Source: a virus (taxonomy: Duplodnaviria > Caudoviricetes). Taken from it: a DNA stretch of 64,000 nucleotides. Of this stretch, positions 36,469 to 44,754 are shown piece after piece. The position numbers and the translations under genes were made by a program. Under the pieces are notes generated by a model. The model ran no database searches, was not told the origin of the DNA, and saw only the letters and a list, made by a program, of their open reading frames with translations. Every line of letters starts with the position of its first letter. Position 1 is the stretch's first letter. Location of the stretch: the IMG/VR virus record IMGVR_UViG_3300037041_001101, positions 985 through 64,984 of that record; one strand, 5' to 3'.

Positions 36469-36795
36469 ATGAGAAGACAGGTTGCTATCGTTACAGGGAC
36501 AGGTGTATCTGCCCCTATTGCGTTGGATCATTATATCAGCCCATTTAACGTGGGCTTCGGTGCAGTAGTTTCGGCTACTGCCACCTTTAATGTTCAACAT
36601 ACTTTTGATGATGTGTTTTCACCGACCTACGTACCTGCGTCAGGCACTTGGTTTAATCACCCTAACTTTACTTCTGCTAATGCTACTGGTGATGGTAACT
36701 ACGCATTCCCTGTTATGGCTGTGCGCTTAAGCGTAGCAGCAAGCACTGGTTCTGTTAGTTTAACTTTGATTCAAGCTGGACAGGTAGGCGGTTAA
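36469..36795 (+). CDS. Virion structural protein
   Basis: SPFNVGFG, VQHTFD, GNYAFPV.AVRL. Confidence 0.7.
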   Translation: MRRQVAIVTGTGVSAPIALDHYISPFNVGFGAVVSATATFNVQHTFDDVFSPTYVPASGTWFNHPNFTSANATGDGNYAFPVMAVRLSVAASTGSVSLTLIQAGQVGG

Positions 36796-36796
36796 T

Positions 36797-39700
36797 ATGG
36801 GTGTTGGGGTTGGAGGCGTTGTTAATTATGCTAATGTCTCTTCAGGGACAGCATCTGACGTTGTTGCCTACGGAGGCGTAGGCGGCCCTTACGAGTATTG
36901 CTCCTTCTTCAGCGTCCTTAATTGGTTCTCCAAAGGCGAACCCGGAGCTTGGTACGACCCCAGTGACTTCCAGCCAAACTGGCGCAGGAATCTGCTGACT
37001 TATAGTGAGGATTTTAGTCAAGGTGTTTGGACTAAAAGTGCAGTGAGTATTGCGCCAAATACGATGTTAGCACCAGATGGTACATTGACAGGGTGCAGAG
37101 TCGTTGCGCCTTTTGGTGCTGCTCAACCAATACAAATTTCACTATATTCTGGAAACTCAAATACATTTACTGGTGGAATCTGGTTAAAGGGCGATAGTGG
37201 TGGCGAGAAGGTTAAATTAGACATTTTCCAAGCCGCTATTGCGGATAACTTCTCTAACGAGCTAATATTAACTACAAGCTGGCAATATATTAGTAAAACA
37301 ATGACAGCCTCCAATGCGTCTAATAATATTGGGATGTCTATTTGGAATACAACTAATGGTAGTGCGACATATTACATGTGGCATCCCCAACTCGAACAGT
37401 CCTCCTCAGCCTCAACTTACCAGAAGATAACTGACGGCATACAAGATTATTACACTGTCCAACCTCAACCTGTCCTATTCCAAGACTCCGCAGGTACTAT
37501 ACCTGTAACCGCAGTCGAACAGCCAGTTGGTCTGATGCTCGATAAGTCTAAGGGCTTGGCGCTGGGTGCTGAGGTAAAACAGACAGGGGTAACCGGACTT
37601 GTCGGTACATTAGCAACACCTGCAACTTATAACACCACAACTGGTGTAGGAAGCGTTGCTAGAGTATCTTTCCCTGCCGAGCAATCCTATGTGACGTTCA
37701 CTGGGCTTGTACCAAACTCAATGTACATTATTGTGTTTTCAGCGATAACAGGGGCTGTAAATTTAAGATATGGTGTATATGATAGCGGGGCTTGGACTGT
37801 TGTTTCAACAGCAGGAACTTACTATACAATTACTAGCCCAACTGGTGTTATAACACTAACCTCATCCACAAATACATCTGCAACATTCACACTAGCTTCT
37901 CTCAAGCAAATAGCAGGAAACCACGCCTTTCAAGGCGACCTGACCACAGGTGCAGCGGCTAAACGTCCGATGCTAAGTGCGCGGGTGAATCTGCTGACTA
38001 AGACTGAGGATTTTAGTACAACTCCTTGGGGTTTGTTAAATATATCTGGGTTTGCGACAAGATCAGGTAACACAGTTAGTTTTGCTACTGGAACAATTTC
38101 TCAACAAGATAGGTTGTATCAACAAACGCCAATAGTTGCAGGACTAGCATATACTGCGTTAATTACAGTAAGCGGAACTGGAACTGTACGCTTAGGTGTA
38201 TTAGACGGATCAGGGTCAATAACAGCAATATCTCCAGTTGATATAACATTAACCGCTACGCCAACAACTTACTCCACCTCCGGTGTGATGATAAGTGGTG
38301 GTGTCAATGGTGGAATACAAGTACAAAGTAAAGGAACTGTTGCGTCATTTACCCTATCAAATGCAGACCTACGCCCCACAAACTCAGGCGCACTGCTACC
38401 ACCATATCAACGAGTCAACACCGCATCAGACTACGACACTGTCGGCTTCCCGCTATATCTCAAAGCTAACGGCTCATCCAGCGCGATGTCGACTAACAGC
38501 ATTGACTTTACGTCTACGGATAAGATGACTGTGGTGACTGGGGTGCGGAAACTGAGTGATGCGACAAGAGGTATGATCGGGGAGTTATCAAGCTCGCTAG
38601 ATACTAATAATGGCGCTTTTAACCTTTCAGGCTCTTTCCCTAACGCAACTGCTAATTATCGTTATGAAAGCAAAGGTACGTTAGTTTCATCCGCTGACTG
38701 TGGTACGGGCTACATTGCGCCAATTAATAATGTATTAACCACTAAAAGCTATATAGCGACAGACTCAGATAGTATGCGAGTCAACGGTACGCTAGTTGCC
38801 ACAAGTCCAGCCGATCAAGGCGCAGGTAACTTCGGTAATTACCCATTCTATTTATTTGCAAGAGCTGGTACGTCACTATTCTTAAATGGTCAATTCTACG
38901 GTGGGATTATACGCGGCGAGGTATCAGACACTGCCTCGATTGTCCAAGTTGAAAACTACATGGCAGTTAAAACAGGTATTGTAATTGCATCAATGATGGG
39001 TGATAGCAAGATAGGTGTAGCTGGTACTCAAGGTTTTGGGGTTGGTATAGCGCCTGTGTTACCAACTGGCTTTAGTGAAATGGACGGTACGCGCTTGTTA
39101 GGTTCTGCAAATTACGGAAACTACCAGTACACCGATGGTTCGGTTATGTGTTGGATACCGGCTTTTTATTACAAGATCGGCACAGGCAGTAATGGTTTGG
39201 CTTTAAATGCAGTTGATATTAAAGACTACAGTTATTATGCAGATGTTGCGACTGCCAATGTCGCTGGTTATGCCCTACATCGTGCTTTTTATAATGCTGG
39301 AGTGGTTCAGACAGGCGTGTTTGTTGATAAGTATCAATGCTCAAATAATGCCGGTATTGCTTCGAGTATAAAGCTGGGCAATCCTTTATCCAGTGCGTTA
39401 GTGCATAACCCCTTTAGTGGCTTAACCGGCTTAACGACGGGTGACAATATCTATGCAGGCGCTTTTAAAGCGGCTAAGACGCGAGGAGTTAAGTTCTTTT
39501 GCAACTCGCGGTTTATCTTTAGCGCACTTGCACTGTTGTCTTTGGCGCATGGGCAAGCCGCTACATCTGCGACTGCCTGTGCCTGGTATGATGCAGCAGG
39601 CATTACCAATTTCCCGAAAGGCAATAACAATAACGCCTTAAAAGACGCTAATGATGCCACTGTTACCTATATCACGGATGGTTATCCGAATTGTGGACAA

Positions 39701-40249
39701 ACCGGATCAGCATCTAACCTGGCTAAAACGGCTCATAACGGTCAAAGCTGTGGTGTGGTTGATTTAAATGGCAATCTGTGGGAAATAAACACTGGTATTG
39801 TTAGTAATGGCACAAATTATTACTTATTAAAAACCAGCGTTGATATTAATGCACTGACGGGCGGTAATACGCTAAGTACCGATGCGTGGGGCGCTGCCAG
39901 TATCACTGCTAATTATGATTTGCTGGGCGCAACGTATGGCGGCTTAACCGCGTCCAACACCGCTAAATACTTTAATTCGACCGGACAAGTATTTAGCGAA
40001 GTGGTATCGGGAGCAGGTGCTTGGGCAGCAACTGGCGCAGGCCTACCTTTAGCAACCGGTGTGTCAACAGGCGGCACCAACATAATGGGTAATGATGTGT
40101 TATACGATTATCGACCAAACGACATGTGCGCTGTTGCCGGTGGCTACTGGGCCGATGGGGCGGGTGCGGGTGTGTGGGCGCTCCATTTGGGCTACGATCG
40201 GGCGGGTTCGGGCAACGGTGGTGGCTTTCGCTCGGCCTTGTATCTTTGA
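36797..40249 (+). CDS. Mosaic fibre/receptor-binding protein with C-terminal CLec (FGE-sulfatase/Mtd-like) domain
   Basis: GAWYDPSD, two RxNLL..EDFS repeats, then VDKY, GVVDLNGNLWE and GG.W..AGVW..R..GFRSA. Confidence 0.8.
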   Translation: MGVGVGGVVNYANVSSGTASDVVAYGGVGGPYEYCSFFSVLNWFSKGEPGAWYDPSDFQPNWRRNLLTYSEDFSQGVWTKSAVSIAPNTMLAPDGTLTGCRVVAPFGAAQPIQISLYSGNSNTFTGGIWLKGDSGGEKVKLDIFQAAIADNFSNELILTTSWQYISKTMTASNASNNIGMSIWNTTNGSATYYMWHPQLEQSSSASTYQKITDGIQDYYTVQPQPVLFQDSAGTIPVTAVEQPVGLMLDKSKGLALGAEVKQTGVTGLVGTLATPATYNTTTGVGSVARVSFPAEQSYVTFTGLVPNSMYIIVFSAITGAVNLRYGVYDSGAWTVVSTAGTYYTITSPTGVITLTSSTNTSATFTLASLKQIAGNHAFQGDLTTGAAAKRPMLSARVNLLTKTEDFSTTPWGLLNISGFATRSGNTVSFATGTISQQDRLYQQTPIVAGLAYTALITVSGTGTVRLGVLDGSGSITAISPVDITLTATPTTYSTSGVMISGGVNGGIQVQSKGTVASFTLSNADLRPTNSGALLPPYQRVNTASDYDTVGFPLYLKANGSSSAMSTNSIDFTSTDKMTVVTGVRKLSDATRGMIGELSSSLDTNNGAFNLSGSFPNATANYRYESKGTLVSSADCGTGYIAPINNVLTTKSYIATDSDSMRVNGTLVATSPADQGAGNFGNYPFYLFARAGTSLFLNGQFYGGIIRGEVSDTASIVQVENYMAVKTGIVIASMMGDSKIGVAGTQGFGVGIAPVLPTGFSEMDGTRLLGSANYGNYQYTDGSVMCWIPAFYYKIGTGSNGLALNAVDIKDYSYYADVATANVAGYALHRAFYNAGVVQTGVFVDKYQCSNNAGIASSIKLGNPLSSALVHNPFSGLTGLTTGDNIYAGAFKAAKTRGVKFFCNSRFIFSALALLSLAHGQAATSATACAWYDAAGITNFPKGNNNNALKDANDATVTYITDGYPNCGQTGSASNLAKTAHNGQSCGVVDLNGNLWEINTGIVSNGTNYYLLKTSVDINALTGGNTLSTDAWGAASITANYDLLGATYGGLTASNTAKYFNSTGQVFSEVVSGAGAWAATGAGLPLATGVSTGGTNIMGNDVLYDYRPNDMCAVAGGYWADGAGAGVWALHLGYDRAGSGNGGGFRSALYL

Positions 40250-40295
40250 AGCCCTGAGCGATAGCGATAGCCTTAACAACTAATAGGAAAATATA

Positions 40296-40604
40296 ATGGC
40301 AAATTATACATGCAGTACGATTATAGTCCTCGCGGCTGACAGACTCAAAGCTCAGGCTGTGAGTAGCGATCAGTATTTTAACGCAGAAGCTTCAGCGGAT
40401 GGATTATCTCCGGCAACGCATTATTTTATGAGTGGGCCGTTTAGCAATGAAGAGGTTGATGCGATTGTCAATACAGTCTGGCCTAAATGGGTGAGATCAG
40501 ATGATTGGCAAGGTGCGTTGGCAGGGTTGGGATTGGTGCAGGTTGTACCGGTTATTCCTGAAGCTGATCCAAGTGTTGTGTTGACTGTTCCTCCTACTGA
40601 ATAA
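40296..40604 (+). CDS. Fibre-associated small protein
   Basis: SADG..PATHY.MSG; follows fibre gene. Confidence 0.6.
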   Translation: MANYTCSTIIVLAADRLKAQAVSSDQYFNAEASADGLSPATHYFMSGPFSNEEVDAIVNTVWPKWVRSDDWQGALAGLGLVQVVPVIPEADPSVVLTVPPTE

Positions 40605-40614
40605 GAGCTATACT

Positions 40615-40875
40615 ATGCCAGAACATCAACGAGCAACTGACCCTGAAGTACGTACCGCTAGGGAACTAGCAGAACATGGCGCTGAAATTAAACACCTACA
40701 ATCTGATATGGACAAAATGATAAAGGATATGGATGAGGTGAAAGACACGCTAAAAGAGATCAGTAAAACCTTAGCGGAAGCTAAAGGCGGTTGGCATATG
40801 CTGATGGCAGTTGGTGGACTCGGTACAGCACTAGGTGGTACAGTAGTCTGGGTCTTAGAATACTTTAAACACTAG
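40615..40875 (+). CDS. Coiled-coil protein with C-terminal TM segment
   Basis: RELA.H...I.HLQ.DMD..L.EAKGGW + hydrophobic helix. Confidence 0.65.
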   Translation: MPEHQRATDPEVRTARELAEHGAEIKHLQSDMDKMIKDMDEVKDTLKEISKTLAEAKGGWHMLMAVGGLGTALGGTVVWVLEYFKH

Positions 40876-40882
40876 GATTAAC

Positions 40883-41161
40883 ATGGCAACTAAAGCGCCA
40901 GTCTTATCGGTAGGTCGAGGTGAAAAGCTTCCTGTCTCTAAAGGAGCAGGGCTAACAGCCAAGGGTAGGGCAAAAATAAACAATGCGACAGGCTCTAACT
41001 TAAAAGCACCTGCACCTAATCCAAAGACTAAAGCGGATGCGGGTAGGAAGAAATCATTTTGCGCAAGAGCAAGCGGTATGCCAGGTCCGATGAAAGACGA
41101 GAAAGGCAACCCTACTCGTAAAGCAGCCTCCTTAAAACGATGGAACTGCGGTGCCAAGTAA
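40883..41161 (+). CDS. Small basic phage protein (DUF6321-like)
   Basis: GLTAKGRA..N..TG.NLKAP, RKKSFCAR..G, SL.RW.C. Confidence 0.7.
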   Translation: MATKAPVLSVGRGEKLPVSKGAGLTAKGRAKINNATGSNLKAPAPNPKTKADAGRKKSFCARASGMPGPMKDEKGNPTRKAASLKRWNCGAK

Positions 41162-41537
41162 AACTTTAAAACAAGCTCGGTTCATGAGAGCAGTTGCGCA
41201 TAGTCCTGAGTTCGCTAAGAAAGCAGGTGTTCCACAAGGTGTAGGTAAAGAATTTGTATCTGCCGATAAAGGCAAAAAATTTAAAACAGGTGGCGAGATG
41301 AAAAGTAAACCCGATCTAAAGAAGTTGTTCAAAGGTAAAGAGTCCGTTAAAGAAGAACTGAAAGAAGCCAAGGCAATCAAGTCTGGTAAGATCAGCCCGA
41401 TGCAATACGCTAAAGGCGAACAGTCTGAAAAGAAAATGAAAGCCGGTGGCTCTACCAAATGTTACGCCAAAGGTGGATTGACTGGACGTGGTGATGGTAT
41501 CGCCTCTAAAGGCAAAACCAAGTGTAAGGTGATCTAA
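41151..41537 (+). CDS. Small basic protein with xxxGG motifs
   Basis: MPSK..KQ..FM.AVAH.P.FAKK.GVPQ.VGKEF; FKTGG, MKAGG, YAKGG. Confidence 0.7.
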   Translation: MPSKTLKQARFMRAVAHSPEFAKKAGVPQGVGKEFVSADKGKKFKTGGEMKSKPDLKKLFKGKESVKEELKEAKAIKSGKISPMQYAKGEQSEKKMKAGGSTKCYAKGGLTGRGDGIASKGKTKCKVI

Positions 41538-41538
41538 T

Positions 41539-42003
41539 ATGGCTACTCCTAAAAACAAAGCACCCGCGTCACGGATGGTAAACCCTGACACAGAATATAC
41601 CCGAAGCACGTCTGGAAAAGATGCTAAAAACTGGGGGGAAGGTATGAGTCAAAACTATGAGGGGATGAGAAAAGCCTATGAAAAATATAAACAATCGGAC
41701 GACCCTTCGGTAAAAGAAGTTACAAAAAGACTTAATGCTTCTTCACAAGATGCTTTAGATAGAACCAGTAGAGCTTTAAGTGCATCTGATAGGGCTAGAC
41801 GATCCGGTGACGAAGAGGCCAGAGCAAAAATAAATGAAAAATCAAAAGCAAAACCAGGAGAATATGATTTTAAGAAAGGCGGTTCAGTTACAGACAAACC
41901 TAAGACTAAGACTAAGACTAAGTGTATGGCTAAAGGTGGTTTGACTTCTGGTCGCGGTGACGGTATTGCCTCTAAGGGCAAAACCAAATGTAAGTACGTC
42001 TAA
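41539..42003 (+). CDS. Small basic protein with xxxGG motifs
   Basis: FKKGG, MAKGG..RGDGIASKGKTKCK. Confidence 0.7.
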   Translation: MATPKNKAPASRMVNPDTEYTRSTSGKDAKNWGEGMSQNYEGMRKAYEKYKQSDDPSVKEVTKRLNASSQDALDRTSRALSASDRARRSGDEEARAKINEKSKAKPGEYDFKKGGSVTDKPKTKTKTKCMAKGGLTSGRGDGIASKGKTKCKYV

Positions 42004-42016
42004 TTAGGAAACATAT

Positions 42017-42250
42017 ATGTCTGATGTAAAGATCTCTGGATTACCAAGCTCGACAGGTGTTGCCCCTGCGTCAGACTATATCCCTATTGTCCATAACGGT
42101 ACGACTGAAAAAGTAACACCACAAGAATTGTTTAATGCAAATACCGTTTTGTTACCTGTCTATGCGGATAACGCAACAGCGGTAACAGGGGGTCTTGCTG
42201 TCGGGTATTTGTACCAAACAGTAACTGGTGAAGTTAGGATCGTTGTGTGA
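42017..42250 (+). CDS. Small structural protein
   Basis: MSDVKISGLP..PIV..G.T.K; YADNA.A..GGL. Confidence 0.6.
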   Translation: MSDVKISGLPSSTGVAPASDYIPIVHNGTTEKVTPQELFNANTVLLPVYADNATAVTGGLAVGYLYQTVTGEVRIVV

Positions 42251-42402
42251 GAGCTTCACGTGGTATGGGCAACATTGCACCCAGCAAAATTCCAAAGAAG
42301 ATTGTTCGTAAGGACAATCCAAATAGTGTAGACTTGTATAAAAAAGGAGGGGTTGCCAAAAGCTTTCCTCCAGCCACTAAGTTTAAACAGGCTAAGAAAT
42401 GA
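42247..42402 (+). CDS. 51-aa basic protein not in the ORF track
   Basis: GTG start: MRASRGMGNIAPSKIPKKIVRKDNPNSVDLYKKGG..; overlaps both neighbours. Confidence 0.6.
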   Translation: MRASRGMGNIAPSKIPKKIVRKDNPNSVDLYKKGGVAKSFPPATKFKQAKK

Positions 42403-43082
42403 CAACAACGAATACCGCTACGTTCAATTTGGAGCTTTCCGAAATTTTTGATGACGCAGCAGACCGCTGCTCATATGAACTTAGATCTGGTTATGATTTT
42501 AAAATAGCTAGGCGTTCGCTAAACTTGCTACTGATGGAATGGAGTAATTTTGGAATTAACCTCTGGACCATACAGCAAGGTTCTATTCCTTTAACCACTG
42601 GTATTGGCACGTATGATTTACCATCCGACACAATCGATTTACTTGACCAAGTGGTACGAACTGGTACTGGCACTAGTCAAATCGATATTAACCTATCTCG
42701 TATATCTAGTTCTACGTACTCTACTATACCTGCTAAGAACGTACAGGCTCGCCCTGTGCAAGTTTGGATAAACAGACAAGCGCAAATACCGCAGATCAAC
42801 GTGTGGCCTTTACCTGATGCTGCTACGCCTTATACGTTCGTCTATTGGCGCTTAAGACGTATCCAAGATGCCGGTGACGCATCTAATACACAAGACATAC
42901 CGTTTAGATTCTTACCTGCGCTGATCGCAGGTTTAGCGTTTCACTTGTCGATTAAATTGCCAGGTGTCGATCCTTCTCGTAGCATGGCACTTAAAGCAAT
43001 GTATGATGAAGCGTTTGAAATTGCTTCGCAAGAGGATCGTGAGAAGAGTTCGTATCATGCTACGCCTAGGATCTTCCGCTAG
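42399..43082 (+). CDS. Head-tail adaptor (P22 gp4-like)
   Basis: RSGYD...ARRSLNLL..EW.N.GINLWT, WP.PD, PFRFLP. Confidence 0.75.
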   Translation: MTTTNTATFNLELSEIFDDAADRCSYELRSGYDFKIARRSLNLLLMEWSNFGINLWTIQQGSIPLTTGIGTYDLPSDTIDLLDQVVRTGTGTSQIDINLSRISSSTYSTIPAKNVQARPVQVWINRQAQIPQINVWPLPDAATPYTFVYWRLRRIQDAGDASNTQDIPFRFLPALIAGLAFHLSIKLPGVDPSRSMALKAMYDEAFEIASQEDREKSSYHATPRIFR

Positions 43083-43420
43083 TGACCGTTAAGTACACGT
43101 CAGGCAAGTACACCCAGAGTTCGTGCGATAGGTGCGCGGAGTGGTTTAAGCTCAGTAAGCTGAGGAAGATCGTACTTAAAGATAACGTAACGAACATCAA
43201 AGTTTGCTCAAGATGCTGGGAGACTAGTCATCCACAATTGAGATTAGGTCAGTATCCAGTTGTCGATCCGCAAGCGGTTAGAGAACCAAGACCGGATAGT
43301 CCTGAGACAGGCGTACATCTTAGTCCGTCCTTGTTATGGCAAGATCCTGCTATCAGTGAAATGGGTTTGATCGCAGGGTATTTGGTGCAAGAGAACGGTG
43401 GAAGTTTATTAATCGAATAA
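43082..43420 (+). CDS. Zn-finger head-completion-region protein
   Basis: CDRC..C..CW..HPQL, DPQA.R.PRPD. Confidence 0.65.
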   Translation: MTVKYTSGKYTQSSCDRCAEWFKLSKLRKIVLKDNVTNIKVCSRCWETSHPQLRLGQYPVVDPQAVREPRPDSPETGVHLSPSLLWQDPAISEMGLIAGYLVQENGGSLLIE

Positions 43421-43437
43421 TTATGAGGACAAAAACA

Positions 43438-43608
43438 ATGGCTAAACAAAGCAATACGAAAGAAGCGATCGACTCTTCAAACCCAAAATCTGTACCTGTG
43501 CCTAACACTTCAGGTTATCCTGAAACTGGAATTAAAACCTCCGGTGTGGTAACACGTGGTAATGGTTGTGCCACTAAGGGCAGAATCGCAAGAGGTCCGA
43601 TGGCGTGA
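43438..43608 (+). CDS. Small basic protein
   Basis: KTSG..TRGNGCATKG..ARGPMA. Confidence 0.6.
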   Translation: MAKQSNTKEAIDSSNPKSVPVPNTSGYPETGIKTSGVVTRGNGCATKGRIARGPMA

Positions 43609-44273
43609 ACTACACGTCATTAAAACAAGCGATCGAAGATTTTTCGGAAACGGATGAGCCTTCGTTTATCGATAATATTGATTTGTTCATCAAACAAACA
43701 GAGCAGAAAATCTACAATTCTGTACAGATTCCTGTGCTCCGTAAGAACGTAACCGGCGTGTTAACCTCATCGAACAAGTACGTGTCTTGCCCTGATGACT
43801 TTCTGTCTGTGTATTCGATCGCGGTTATCAATACAACCGGTGATTATAGTTATCTGTTAAACAAAGATGTCAGTTACCTGCGAGAAGCGTATCCTAATCC
43901 AACGGTAACGGGTTTACCTAAGTATTACGCGATCTTTGGTCCGCAGTCTGCTAACTTGTCTGAGTTGTCTTTGATCCTTGCACCGACACCCAGTGCTAAC
44001 TATGCGACCGAGTTGCACTATTACTACTACCCTGAGTCAATTACAACTGCGGCTTCAGGTACCACATGGGTAAGTGATAACTATGATCCCGTGTTACTCT
44101 ATGGGTCATTACGCGAAGCGATCATCTATATGAAAGGCGATCAAGATTTGGTTACCTATTACGAGCAGAAGTTTCAAGAGGCGATTTCTCAACTGAAACG
44201 ACTATGCGAAGGCCTGGAACGCGGAGACAATTATCGTGAAGGCCAAGCTAAAATACCACTTAAAGCATTATAA
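43605..44273 (+). CDS. Head-tail connector/adaptor
   Basis: MNY..L..AI, LRKNVTG, G.PKYYA, P.P, LLYG.L.EA...MKG. Confidence 0.75.
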   Translation: MNYTSLKQAIEDFSETDEPSFIDNIDLFIKQTEQKIYNSVQIPVLRKNVTGVLTSSNKYVSCPDDFLSVYSIAVINTTGDYSYLLNKDVSYLREAYPNPTVTGLPKYYAIFGPQSANLSELSLILAPTPSANYATELHYYYYPESITTAASGTTWVSDNYDPVLLYGSLREAIIYMKGDQDLVTYYEQKFQEAISQLKRLCEGLERGDNYREGQAKIPLKAL

Positions 44274-44285
44274 CAGGATACACTC

Positions 44286-44708
44286 ATGGCAGCTTTTGTA
44301 AAATATAATTCGGGTGCTGAAGCACTTGTTGAAGGTATCAATGCAGGTTCTGATACTTGGAAAATAGCTTTAACAAATACTACGCCTAATGTGTCAACCA
44401 ACACCGTACTGGCAAACATCACTGATCTACCGACCTCTGGTGGGTATACTGCTGGCGGCAACACTTGCGCTGTAACGTCTTCTGCTCAAACAGGTGGTGT
44501 ATACAAACTGGTGCTGGCAAGCCCTGCAATGTGGACTGCTTCTGGTGCGGGTTTTACTTTTAGATACGCAGTTCTTTATGATGTCACAGCTTCTAATTCA
44601 TTAGTTGGTTACTGGGATTATGGTTTACCTGTTGTGATGAACGGAACCAATGGTGACACGTTTACTATTACCTTAGATGCTGTCAATGGCGTATTTTGGG
44701 TAACTTGA
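44286..44708 (+). CDS. Virion structural protein
   Basis: KIALTNT.P, GYTAGG, FRYAVLY, LVGYWDYG. Confidence 0.7.
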   Translation: MAAFVKYNSGAEALVEGINAGSDTWKIALTNTTPNVSTNTVLANITDLPTSGGYTAGGNTCAVTSSAQTGGVYKLVLASPAMWTASGAGFTFRYAVLYDVTASNSLVGYWDYGLPVVMNGTNGDTFTITLDAVNGVFWVT

Positions 44709-44754
44709 TCATGGTAAAAATAGACTTCTCTAAAACTGAAGGTGTGTTTATCTA

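Noticed and set aside
40250-41200. Complete DGR cassette (TR, avd, RT) after the VR
   Set aside because: No TR copy and no RT (YxDD) ORF seen here or elsewhere in the window
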